Shown here piece by piece: positions 42,714 to 57,620 of a stretch of 64,000 nucleotides of DNA. The position numbers and the translations under genes were made by a program. Every line of letters begins with the position of its first letter. The first letter of the stretch is position 1. Below the pieces are notes generated by a model. It did no database searches. It worked only from the letters and a program-made list of their open reading frames with translations, and was not told the origin of the DNA. Source of the DNA: Octopus vulgaris (lineage: Eukaryota); the NCBI GenBank assembly GCA_951406725.2, contig OX597817.1:133114001-133178000 (forward strand), written 5' to 3'.

Positions 42714-42888
42714 GTGATGATGATGGTGATGATGGTGATGGTAGTGGTGGTGGTGGTGGCGACGATGGTGAAGATGATGGTGATAATCATGATGATGAGG
42801 AGGAGGAACAAAAACAACAATAGCAGCAACAATATAAATACAGGTAACGCTATCACCATCTTCAACAGCAATAATGTGATCATTACCC

Positions 42889-42922
<34 letters not shown>

Positions 42923-43507
42923 TACCATCATCGTTATTATCGCCAAACCAAACGGAAAAACCAACCGCCACAACCACCACCATCTCCACCGACAATGTAA
43001 CCTCCACCATCAGTTTCCATTACAATCCGGCCACCGCTTCTTCTTTCACTATCACCTCCTCCTCCTCCTCCTCCTCCTCCTCTTCCTCCTTCACCACCCC
43101 CAACTCTACCTTAACCATCACCACCACCGTGCTTCATTGTTGTCTCCCGAAGCAGCAGCATCGCCCTGCCCCACCCCACCGAAACAAATATGGTATCTAT
43201 CACCACCATCACCTACACCACCACCACCACCACCACCTCTACCACCACCATCACCACCAGTATCACTACTACAACAACGCCACCACTGTTACCACCTCCT
43301 CCACCTGTCTTGTTGGCGATGGCTTCATTAGTGCAGGAAGGAACATCAGCGAAGACCATTTCATGTGCTGATGGTGATGATGGTGATGGTGATGTGATGC
43401 TGGTGATGATGAAGGGGTGGTGATGATGATGACGGTGATGGTGATTGAAGTGGAGACGATAATGATGATGATGACAGTGATGATGATGAAGAGGACGACG
43501 ACGACGG

Positions 43508-43538
<31 letters not shown>

Positions 43539-43690
43539 GGTGGTGGTGGTGGTGGTGGTGGTGGTGGGGATGGTGGTGCTGATGGAGATAATATTGATAA
43601 AGTGCGGCAGTAGCAGTGGCAGTGGTAATGGTAAAGATTTTGATAGTGGTAGCGATGATGACAGTGATGATGGTGATGCTGTTGGTATTG
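42635..43690. repeat. Degenerate (GAT/GGT)n and (CAT/CAC)n low-complexity tract
   Basis: Read directly from the sequence; a similar tract lies at 46240-46870. Confidence 0.9.
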
Positions 43691-43699
43691 ATACCATTG

Positions 43700-43945
43700 A
43701 TTCCTTGAGCAAGACACTTTATTTCATGTTGCTCCTGTCCACCTCAGCTGGCAAAAATGAGTTGTACTTGGAATTCAAAAGAGCCAATCGTGTCACATTC
43801 CGTGCCACGCTGAATCTCCCTGAGCACTACGTTAAGAGCACGCTTGACTGTGGAGTACTCAGCCACTTGCACGTTAATTTCACACGCGAGCTGTTCGGTT
43901 GATCGAATGAACTGGAACAGTAGTCGTCGAACCGACAGAGTACCA
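43700..43945 (+). mobile_element. CORE-like SINE sharing the family C 3' part
   Basis: ccttgagcaagacactttatttc..cagctggcaaaaatgagt followed by a tail homologous to 52000-52170. Confidence 0.7.
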
Positions 43946-44338
43946 GACCATCCTTGCTGAAGCTGCCACAGTGAAAATGGTCACATCAGAGATATCGAAG
44001 ACTTGCTCCGAACAGCACAGAATAGAACACTCCACCACAGGACCGCCAATGCCCAGGTGATGGCGTACAAAAGGACTTGTACAGTTCTATATTTTTAGAG
44101 ATGAGAAATTATGTACATTATTTCCAATGGACAGAAAGATGTCATTATCTTGCTTGTTGTTACCACATTTCGACTGGTGTACTCTCCAGCGTTCATCAAG
44201 TTGGGCAATAAAGGGTTGGGCTCGAAATTCCATCAGAACACCCGATGAAGGCTGGAGAGTACATCAGCCGAAACGTTGTGATAACAACAAAGAAGGTGAG
44301 GACACCTATCCGTCCATTGTAAATAATGTACAGAATTC

Positions 44339-45379
44339 GGATCTATTCCATCTCAATCACAGATTTTTAAATTTTTTTTTTTTAACTAAACAGTTTGAAA
44401 CTTCGAATGGTGGTAGAATTTCTCACTGAGAACACGGTTTACTCTGAGCGTTTTTGACAAAGTTTCGTACTTTAGAAGTTATTTCGTGTTAAAATTGTCA
44501 TATTTGGGTAATTTCAACCAATCATCGACGTGTATTCGGTTGAAGAAAGCTACTGCTGCTTAAGATAGTAATCGAAGAGGAACAACTTCCGGGTCATCTC
44601 TACTAAATGTCACCATTCTTTTCTATTCGTAAGTTGAACAAAGACGATGCCACCTTTATCCTTTCTTCCATTATAGTCAGCACCGTGCATTCCTTACTCT
44701 TTCCCCCCTATCAACAAACAACCAGCGAGCGAACTTGACACTGCCACTACAATTACCGTATTTTCCGGTGTATAAGCCACTATTTCTTTTGTTTTACCTT
44801 CATGTTTTGATAATGTTATTTTAAATCCAATATTGACGAAATGTGTTTGTTGTTTATTATAGGAAGATAAATTCCTGACAATAACAATACATCTCATAGA
44901 TGTAAAATAAGGCATTTTGAAACTACATATAAGTCTTCAACAAAAAAGCTACCTGCGGACTCGTTGCTCTGTAAGTCTTTTGAACACTGGCGCTCTTTAT
45001 GCATGGATAAATCACGGATGTCGGGCAAACGAATAAATATATGTAAATGATATTTGTTCCTTCTTGATGTTCATTCTTCGATGGTGCTGATTCTTCGAAC
45101 AGAGGGGTGACATTTAGTAGAGATGACCTGAAAGTTCTTCCTCTTCGATTACTATTGCAAACAGCAGTAGCTTTCTTCAACCGAATACACGTCGTTGATT
45201 TGTTGAAATTACCCAAATACAATTTTAACACGAAATAACTTCTAAAATACGAAATTTTGTCAAAAACGTTCAGAATAAACCGTGTTCTCTGTGAGAAATT
45301 CTACCAGTATTCGAACTTTCAAACTGTTTAGTTAAAAAAAAAATTATTAAAAAATCTGTGATTGGGGTGAAATAGATCC
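44339..45379. mobile_element. Long-TIR non-autonomous DNA transposon (Merlin-like MITE), 1041 bp
   Basis: ~275-bp imperfect TIRs starting GGATCTATT and ending AATAGATCC; 8-bp TSD cagaattc/tagaattc. Removing it restores the host arm to the length seen at 37.5 kb. Superfamily is inferred from GG termini and the 8-bp TSD. Confidence 0.8.
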
Positions 45380-45550
45380 TAGAATTCTTCATTTCAAAAA
45401 TATAGAACAGTATTATCTAATCAGTACAGAACCAACATTAGACTTCAATGGAGACATACAGAGAAACTCCATCAGAAACTAGCTTGTCTTTCAAACCATC
45501 TAACCTTCCTGTGTAAGTCAAATAAAGGGTTGGGTTCGAAATCCCACCAG

Positions 45551-45596
45551 AACACCTGATGAAGGCCGGAGAATACATCAGCCGAAACGTTGTGAT
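45551..45596 (+). ncRNA. Minimal type I hammerhead ribozyme motif, intact core
   Basis: AACAC CTGATGA A GGCcG gagaatacat CaGCC GAAA CG TT GTGAT. Confidence 0.7.
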
Positions 45597-45814
45597 AACA
45601 ACAAGGCTAGAACGCCTATCAGTCCATTGCAAATAAAAGGACTAGTGTTATTTAGACCGTATTAAACACCACCACATCACCATCATACATCTCCGCTACC
45701 ACCATCACCATCAACAATACTCCAACATTATCTCTACTACAACCACATTTAATACCATTACCAGCCACAGTATCATGACAAGCACCACAACCAATACTTG
45801 TACCCATACAACCA

Positions 45815-46235
45815 GGCTTGGCTCTGTGGTTAAGAAGATTGCTTTTGCAACCGTGTGGTTAAGGGTTCAGTCCCACTGTTGGACATGCGTCTTCTGTTAT
45901 GGTCACGATCAAAACCTTGCGAGTTGATTTGGTGACCAGAAACTGTGCGGAAACCCATCACCCCCCCCCACACACACACACACAACAGATATGCGCGCGC
46001 GTGTGTGTGTGTGTGTATGCATGTATGTGTGTTTGTCTTTTTCCCCGTCCACCGCTTAACAACCGGCCATGGTTTATGTCCTTGTAACTTAGCGGTTCAG
46101 CAAAAGATACCAATAGAAATGGCAGCTGACATTTAAAACGACGTATGTATGGCGTCGATTTGTGTGACAAAAAAGAAAGCCTTTAATGCGGTGCCCCAGC
46201 ATGGCCGCAGCTCAATGAACGAAACAAGTAAAAGA
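45815..46235 (+). mobile_element. SINE family B copy
   Basis: Homology to both arms. Confidence 0.7.
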
Positions 46236-46943
46236 TGAAAAACACCACCCTCGCCACTAGCACCAACAAATCATCACCATCACCACCACTGCTACTACTA
46301 CTACTACTAATACTACTACCACTACTACCACTACCACCACCACCACCACCACCACCACCACTACTACTACTACTACCACCACCACCACTACTACTACCAC
46401 CATCACCGCCACGACCACTACTACAACCACCAACAGCACTACTTCTCCCACCACCGCCACCATCACTACTACTACTGCAACCATGCATGCTACAACTAAT
46501 TCCACTACTGATCTAAGTGCCACCACCATTTATACTACCACACATACAACAGCTAATACTTGCCAGATCATCTCCCCAATCCACACCACCGTCACTCATA
46601 CAACAATGTATGCTACCACATATACCATAACCAACACTACCACTCGTACAACCACTACCACCCATGAAGTTACTACCACCTATACAACCATTAGCCATAC
46701 AACTGCCTCCACATTATTACCCATACCAACGTCATTCATACAACCACCACTCATTCTACTACGACCCACACTACACTATATACAACCACCACTCGTAACG
46801 GACCGCCACCACTCTATACTCATACCAGAACTATTATCGTAATACCCGCAGCCATACTAAACCGCCATTGTTGCTCGTTGTCATCATTTTTAATAATCAA
46901 AACACCATCTTATCTGCTGCGTGTGTGTGTGACTGAGTGGGTT

Positions 46944-46979
<36 letters not shown>

Positions 46980-47290
46980 TGTCTGTCTGTCTGTCTGAGT
47001 GTGTGTGTATTTGTATATGTGTGTGTATGTATGTGTATGTGTGTATGTATGTATGTATGTATGTCTGTCTGTGTATGTGTGCATGTGTGTATATGTGCGT
47101 GTATATGTGTGTATGTGTGTGTTTGTATCTGTCTGTCTGAGTGTGTGAGTGTGTGGATGTGTGGATGTCTGTATCTATATATACGTATGTGTATATATGT
47201 CGCGCGTACAAGGTAGCTAAGAGAAAGAGACAGAGAAAGAGAGACAGACAGACAGACAGACAGAGAAAGAGAGTATGAAGCAAATAGGAA

Positions 47291-47385
<95 letters not shown>

Positions 47386-48034
47386 CAGCAGCAGCAGACA
47401 ACTAGATCTACGGCAATGACAGAGCGAAAGGAGAAAGGAAAAGAAAAATGAGGAGGAGGTGGATTTGTGAGTGAAAAAGTAAAAACAAGTTGTTGAATGT
47501 GAAGAAGAAGGATTGAGGGAGTGAGGGGAGATGAGCCAAAAGTAATGAAGAACTAGAGACGGAGGGAAGGAAATGAAGGAAGAATGAGATGTTAAGTGAG
47601 AGATAGGGATTAAATGGGTAGAGAGAGAAAGAAAGACGTAAAGGAAAGAAAGAGAGAGAGAAAATTACAAATAAAAAATGCACACACACAAAGCTAAGGA
47701 GGAGGAAAAGAGAGAAGTACACTTCACTGATGTCGCTAACGAATTGAAAACATGATAAAACACACACACATACATATATACATACATACATACATACATA
47801 CATACATACATACATAAATACGTACATACATACATACATACAAACATACATACATACATACACACATACATACATACATACATACACACACACATACATA
47901 CATACATACATACATACATACATACATACGTACAAACGTACATACATACATACATACACACATACATACATACATACACACATACATACATACACATAAA
48001 TACATACATACATACATACATACATACATACATA

Positions 48035-49620
<1,586 letters not shown>

Positions 49621-49848
49621 ACAAAAAAGTCACTCACACATACACATGTGTTTATTCTAAGGTACTTAGAGAATAACTTTCAGACAGAATTTGTGCAGAC
49701 CATGAACCAATTAATAGCACCGCATGGAAAATTCATTTAATGGTGTTTCGTACTTCAATCATCCTTTGGGTCCCCACCCATCGCCCATTCGATTAAAGAG
49801 TTATTGTTTGTAGAGATATATCCGATATATTGTTTGTAGAGATATATA

Positions 49849-50080
49849 AGGCGGCGAGCTGGCAGAAGCATGAGCGCTCTGGGCGAAATGCTTAGCGGTA
49901 TTTCGTCTGTCGTTACGTTCTGAGTTCAAATTCCGCCGAGGTCGACTTTGCCTTTCATCCTTTCAGGGTCGATAAAATAAGTACCAGTTACGCACTGGTG
50001 TTGATGTAATCAACTTAATCCCTTTGTCTGTCCTTGTTTGTCCCCTCTATGTTTAGCCCCTTGTGGGCAGTAAAGAAATA
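49849..50080 (+). mobile_element. SINE family A full-length copy
   Basis: Head ggcggcgagctggcagaa, B box gagttcaaattcc, tail aaagaaata. Confidence 0.85.
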
Positions 50081-50485
50081 TATATCCGAGTGCAGGGGAT
50101 TTATTTGGGATTTGTTGGAGATATTCGCACAGGACTTGTCTGAGTGTTATGAGATCGTTTTATTCTCTCATGCGTTTGGTAATTATGTTTAAGAGAGTGG
50201 GGCGAGTTGAGGTGAAATAGTTCTGTGTTAGTGTTGTGGTGTGAGGCAAGAAGGATTTTTATAGAGGACAGATGGTAAGGAAACCAAGACTTAGGTCAAT
50301 TTTAAATGTTAATGCCAACATCATTCGGGCAAAACCGTTGCAATATTTTTCCGCATCATACAAATGTTACAGCGCTCACGACGGCGTTTGAGCCGATCCC
50401 AGAAATGAAGACTTGTCAAGCCATCAGTTTTGCTTACACATACACACACACACACACACACAGACACACAAACACACACACAAAC

Positions 50486-50518
<33 letters not shown>

Positions 50519-50605
50519 TACAAACACACACATACAAACACACACACACGCACACAGATAAACAGACACATCGATAGACAGACACACAAAGATAGACAAA
50601 CAAAC

Positions 50606-50728
<123 letters not shown>

Positions 50729-51789
50729 CAACTTTGTCAGCAACGATGACTACTCTCTGAACGCTAGATTGGTGAGTGAGTAGTTACAGGACACACCAGA
50801 GCAGGATGAAAAGAAGACCCACCAAAAGAAACGGGGAAACAGCAGAATATCAAAGTCTATCTAGGGATAGCATGCAGTGATGTATCCTTGAAGATGAGCA
50901 AATACAATGTATGAATTATTAACGGAGTAGTGGGCCCTTTGTTCAAGGCAGAGCGTGACGAAATGGAACGGCGTATGCACATTACCGTGCTACTTTGTGA
51001 AAAAGAAGAGATGTCTAATTTTTTGGCAAAATCATTTGCACGGAGAGAAAACAAAAAGAGTCGACTGTTCGTTTTATTAGAGTTGTTGGTTTCAGAATAT
51101 TGAATTTGAGAAAAACATTATATTCAGGTGAGGGGTTGGCAGAATCATTAAAACATCGGAAAAATTGGTTTGCCCACATTTGTACCGGGTCTCTACGTAA
51201 TCAGTTCAAACCCTACTGAAGTCAACTACGTCTTTTATCCATCCAGAGTACTAGTTATATAATCAATGTTTACTAACCCCAAAAGTTCACCTTTTGACAA
51301 TGTAAGAAGTTACTATTGGTTTCACTTTGTGAGGAAAGGTTTACGGAGGGGTTTATTGATGCCCGACGAGTTCGATTCAGAGGCTCAGATAGATTGATTC
51401 GGATAGATCGCAGTGTCCTTGTTTTTCTTCCTTGTTCTCTTGTCTGCTGGGATGGTCCTACGTCCTATGTCTTTAAAGGGAACTGTTGCCCAGAGACAGA
51501 GAGACGCCCGACTTTGTAGTCATTGGCAAAAGCAGACTACTGCTGGCGATCAATGACCGGCACCGAAAGCTTTATTTAGCGAGTGCTTGCATCACTTCTT
51601 GTTTGTTTCTATGTCATGTTATATATACAAAAATTCAACACAAAAACTGGAGGAATACTCAACACTTTTTAAGAGAGTCTTAATTCATTAAACTTTCACA
51701 CTGTTGTCAGTATTGTTTGTTGGGACACCGCATTTCGTTATGCAGCCATAGTACGCTACCAAGTATATTAGAGGTTAATATGTCAATAG

Positions 51790-52178
51790 TGGAGGCGCAA
51801 TGGCCCAGGGGTTAGGGCAGCCGACTCGCGGTCATAGGATCGCGGTTTCGATTCCCAGACCGGGCGTTGTGAGTGTTTATTGAGCGAAAACAGCTAAAGC
51901 TCCACGCAGCTCCGGCAGGGGATGGTGGTGATCACTGCTGTACTCTTTCACCACAACTTTCTCTCACTCTTACTTCCTGTTTCTGTTGTACCTGTATTTC
52001 AAAGGGCCGGTCTTGTCACTCTCTGTGTCACGCTGAATATCCCCGAGAACTACGTTAAGGGTACACGTGTCTGTGGAGTGCTCAGCCACTTACACGTTAA
52101 TTTCACGAGCAGGCTGTTCCGTTGATTCGGATCAACCGGAACCCTCGTCGTCGTAACCGACGGAGTGCTTCCATATCC
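51790..52178 (+). mobile_element. SINE family C full-length tRNA-derived SINE with 13-bp TSD
   Basis: tRNA-like head (tggcccaggggttagg, ggtttcgattccc); TSD aatatgtcaatag at 51777-51789 and 52179-52191. Confidence 0.85.
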
Positions 52179-52204
52179 AATATGTCAATAGCTGTGCCCT
52201 ACCT

Positions 52205-52330
52205 GTGTTAGCAGTGAAAATCAATCACTTTTTAAAGCTATCTCTACAGATTTTCCTATAGAAGCTGAGTCAGCTCTAATTTCTACAGAAAATCTGTAGA
52301 GATGATTTTTTAAATTGTTGTCAGTCACTT
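52205..52330. repeat. Short fold-back / MITE-like inverted repeat
   Basis: atctctacagattttc pairs with gaaaatctgtagagat, with weaker outer complementarity. Confidence 0.55.
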
Positions 52331-52669
52331 CAAGAGTTCAGCTTACTCGCCGTCGTCAGAATGTGTGACAAAGGCAAGCAAGCCGACACTTCGAAATCCC
52401 TGTCAACCTTTCTCTTGTAAAGAAAAAAAGAATCGACATGAACATGTAAAAGTGTGTCTGTGTATGTGTGTGTTACATCAGTGTATGTGTGTGTGAGTAC
52501 GTGTGAGTACGCGCGCGTGTGTGTGTGTGTGTGTGATTGTGTGTGCGATGTGTGTGTGTGTGTGTGTGTGTTTGTGCGCGCGCGTTTGATCCTACAAGGA
52601 AAGGGCACAAGAACCATAACAGGATCATTCTATTCCTAAACTGCGGCTTATTTCCGCACCAATGGATTC

Positions 52670-52784
<115 letters not shown>

Positions 52785-53040
52785 CAGACAGAAAGAAAAG
52801 AAAGAAAAGCCGTCTTGACGTCGATAGCAGATGTCTGGCTTAAGGCGTGTGTAAAAGCATTGCAATCAGCGCTAGTCTGGATTGCGTTCCATTTGCAAGA
52901 GACATCTTGAAGACAAGAAGTATATCAAACAAACCAGAGGCAAAGACATTTTCACAGCAACAAACTGAAATGCAAATGTCTCTCTACGAAAGCATGCAAG
53001 TCTGTATGTGCTTGTGTACGTACATATGTATAAACATATA

Positions 53041-53083
<43 letters not shown>

Positions 53084-53440
53084 GAAGAAGAAATGAGGTA
53101 CTCACAAAATCGGATGGTTTATATTAACAGATATTTATTTGTATATTACATTTTTTATATATATCATATCACTTAGATCATTAACGCTTTCTCCCATTCT
53201 AGTGGGGTTTTCAAATCAAACTAAGTATATATATACGTACATACATACATTCATCGACACGTACATAATATGCATTTCAATGTGCTTATGTGTAATTATG
53301 TATATATACATGCGTGTGTGTATGTGTACGTATACATTCATCTACGCATATTATATATTATATACATGTCAGTTTGCATATGTAATTGTAGACACATGCA
53401 CACGCACGCACACACATACATATGTATAAATATGTACATA

Positions 53441-54062
53441 TTGGGTCATCCCATAAATAATGATATTTTTTAATACGTCTTTTATTTTTCTAAATTACAA
53501 TAAACAAAGTTCTGTTTTAATCTAAAGCATACTCTCCTTCATTTTCTAGAATGTTCTTCCATCTATCTGGTAGACTTGCAAAGCCCCTCTTCCAAAATTC
53601 ACTTGTCTGGGATGAAAAGTACTCCTCCACTACTGTTCTGACCTTATCTACAGAATTCATAGTTTTTCCATGCAAAGGATTTTGAAGACTGGAATAAATG
53701 ATAATTAGATAGGGCAATGTCTCGCAAATATGGTGGGTGGGGCATCGTTTCCCATTCAAACTGCTCCAGCCTTTGGGATGTCATCCTCGCTGTATGTGGC
53801 AAGCATTATCTTGATGGAAGAAAACTTTTCATCATGAAACCAAAAATGGTCCTTTTTCCTTCCAGTGCTGGCTTAAGCCGCTCGAGCTGCTTCCAGTAGA
53901 TCTCTTTTGTTATCATTTGGTTTGGGTTTAAAAGTTCAAAGTGGACTAAAGCTTTCATATCCCTCCAAACAGATAACAAAATCTTACGTGGGTGAAGACC
54001 TTCTTTAGCCTGGAGTGCTGGTGTTTCTCCTTTCCCTACCCACTGTCTTCAGAGCTTGACAT
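53441..54062 (-). mobile_element. Mariner 3' half, decayed
   Basis: TIR ta|ttgggtcatcccataa; C-terminus SSLQN..EYFSSQTSEFWKRGFASLPDRWKNILENEGEY. Confidence 0.8.
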
Positions 54063-54439
54063 TGCCGACATGGCACCCGCTTTGTACTTGAATGAGGCGT
54101 GGGTGATGGCGGAGGATGTGGTCACAAGCTATGTTGGGGAGGAATATGGATAAGAGGTTGAAACGCCTCAGTGTTATTGAAAGTTACTAGTTTGGTAAAA
54201 AAAGGAAGAGGCTTAGTGCCTCATTTTGTTATTGAATATTGTAAACAGTGTAAGAGGTTTGTTACCTCATGAATAATATAAGAGTTCAATGTTCTCGGGA
54301 AACAACGATCGGCGGGCGCCACTTGTTTCCCCCCATTAATCATCATTTTCAATTTTCATTTCACATAACATTATGTCTGTGTCCAGCCCGCAGCTTCCTT
54401 TCTCTATGTAAGGACTTTATGGCCAATATAATGAAATAA

Positions 54440-54850
<411 letters not shown>

Positions 54851-54859
54851 GAATAAATG

Positions 54860-54895
<36 letters not shown>

Positions 54896-57231
54896 GTTAC
54901 AATTATTCAATAGTCAAGATAAAACTCTGAATTTTGGATGCCGAAGTGGAAATCCACAACACCATCTCTTCGGTTATCTGGCCATCTGAAAAACGCTATG
55001 AAAAAATACCGTTATATAAAGGGAAATTACTGTGTTATAATTCCGCTACTTATATAAATTAAGATTAAAAGTTCATAGTAAACACGTAAATATGGCAACT
55101 CATACGCTCACATGTGCGCTCGCGGACACACGTGCGTACTTATACGTCACTATGAAAACGTACACATCTTCACTCGCATTTTTCGCCAAATGTATACGCA
55201 TATATATACAAACTCATACACACACGCGCGTACCGTAAAAGTTCATACATACGTCTATATACGCACAAGCACAAGAAAAAACATGGTTAAAGGTAACAAT
55301 ACAGAAAAAACAACAATACAGAAAAAAACATAAGGAAGTATACAAAGTGTAAAAACCACGTTCATATACGGACATGTCCTTATGCACTCATACATACACA
55401 CGCCCATATATGTACATACCCGCACATGTTTATGTACGCATACACACACGCATACACAAAAAAAGGAATATACATATGCCCCCAAAAACCCCGAGAAAAT
55501 TGTAAAAATACTAAGTAAAAACGTCTATATATATGTATTCTATATATATGTATTCTTATGCGCGCACACACGCACACATCTATATACATACAAACCCGCC
55601 CACTCATACATATTCACACACGTGTACAAATAAATCTATATACACGTCTATATAGGCACAGGAAAAAATGCAGGATGGAAGAGTACAGAAAAAATTATTA
55701 TGTGTGAAAATATAAAAATATATGAAATAATAAAAGGTATAATGAGATAAAAAAACTTTTTGGACATAATATAGAAAAGATGTTCTATCTGTTTTCTTGA
55801 GGGGACCAAAAACGTAACAAAAATTTTGTCACATGTGGGCATGATCCGAAAAGTTCTATCCTTGAGTTTAGACATGTAGTAGGGTCTAAGCTGCTTTTCC
55901 AGATAAGCCATCTCTCCATGTCGCATAGACCGCACTTTCCGCTGCCGTTGGTGTAGGGCTTACATATATATTCACATATAAGGCATTGTTTGACCCGAAC
56001 TTATAGAAAAATATTTGTCCAAAGTGCCACGACGTGGGACTAAATCTCTAAACACAAAATTTCCAAGAGACCTTGTTCACCACATGGCCATGAATTAGTT
56101 CCTATATTATATGTATCGGTATATGTAATGTATTTGCCTAATCTACACCAACAGATTCTTCATTCTCGGTATTGATTGATATGTAAACAAGACGATTAAG
56201 ACACCATAAATGATTGAAAGAGAAGAAATGTTTAATGAGACCTAAATGCAAAATATTACATTAGTTTGATATAATAAAACTCAGTCCAATGACTCAGACA
56301 AGTATAAGATCTCGTCTTTCTCTGAAAGAATTCGAGTGTTGCATGCACTGAAATTTAGTGAAATCCTCCTAATACTAATCGTCTATGTAACAGAAAGACA
56401 TATTTTTCTGTTTGGGCATTCACATCATAAAATCACTTTAAAGCAAAGCAGAGAGAAATACTTTCTATATAAGTGGTCGATGATGTGCTATATAAATAAA
56501 TAAAAAATATTTACGTTCACTAGTGTCTTGCATATTCTACAGGGACTTTTGCTTTTGTGGAAATAAAGAAAATGGGTTTTATTATTGTTAGAGGCCAAAG
56601 TGTTTTATGCTTCTATGATAACGTTATGTAGCTTCGTCTTTTTTTTTTGTGTAAGTTTAGACAAATTATTTTAATTTTTACCTGTAAGATAACGGTTTCC
56701 TTTATTTCGAAATGGAGAAAAGTAATTCTTAAAAGAAAATTAACGTTTTGCAACGCTCGCTTTTAACTGGTTTTGTTTCATTCAACGCAATTTGTTTTAC
56801 TCAAGCCTCTGAGATCTATTATTGGAATTTAGATGTGGGTTAATTTGTCTAGTATTTTTTCCTATCAACCCTCAAGGATGACACTTCTAATCTCAGTTGA
56901 ATTTGAACTCAGAATATAAAGAGCCCAAAGAAATACTGCATTTTGTTCGACGCTCTTACGAATCTGCCAATCCACCAGCCTGATATCCTATATTATTGTA
57001 TCTAATTTCAATATAAAGCTGGCGATTTTGATGGGAAGAGACTTAATCGATTACATCGACTCCCGTACGTCACTGTAATTTTACTTTATCGACCCTGAAA
57101 TGATGAAAGGCAAATTTGACTTTGATGGGATATGAACTCAGAATATAAAGAACCGTAAAAATTACAAGGCACTTCTTGACACCCTATCGATTCTGCAACA
57201 ACCATGAACTTCACAAAATTTAATTCCCTGA

Positions 57232-57620
57232 TCTCTCTTTATATAAACGGCAGTTTGTCTGTGCGTTTTCTGTGTGTCTGTTTTCTCGTACCCTCACTCT
57301 GACCACGGCTTTCAACCGATTCTGATGAAACTTGACACACACATAGCCCAATGTCATAATTCAAAACTAACGCAGCGAAAATTTTGAAAAGTTCCCCCAG
57401 TTCTGAAAAAGATCGATAAATTCGACATGGGGTCGAGAATTAGAAACCCAAACCACAGACCGTCTAGGGGACGCAACTCCACCTTTTTTAACTCTCCAAA
57501 AAAAAAAATTTACCATCATTTTTTTTTCCATTTTTTTGCTATTTTTTGGCTATAACTCTCTAAAAATGCTTTATAGTTATTTCCCTTACAAACCTGAGCA
57601 ACGCCGGGCGATACTGCTAG
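57232..57620 (+). mobile_element. Non-autonomous Helitron (389 bp)
   Basis: A|TC 5' end; 3' GC-rich hairpin (cctgagcaacgccggg) then CTAG|T; no TSD. Confidence 0.75.

Larger units (their letters stand above)
44081..45634 (+). mobile_element. Hammerhead-bearing element, locus 3: inverted arm + two tandem hammerhead units, interrupted by a MITE
   Basis: Hammerhead motifs at 44161-44202 (minus, degenerate), 44237-44282 (plus, core CCGATGA) and 45551-45596 (plus, intact core); flanks aaaaggacttgt (44069-44080) / aaaaggactagt (45635-45646). Confidence 0.75.

Noticed and set aside
46483-46842. Thr-rich mucin-like ORF
   Set aside because: It lies in a degenerate (CAC/TAC)n tract, with no signal peptide or convincing splice context.
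51790-51866. tRNA-like sequences here and at 29831-29900 and 37031-37100 as true tRNA genes
   Set aside because: Acceptor and T stems are imperfect and each continues into a repeat body, so they are SINE-type heads.
57318-57345. ctgatgaaac resembling a hammerhead core
   Set aside because: No stem II or stem I; it is an internal part of the Helitron.
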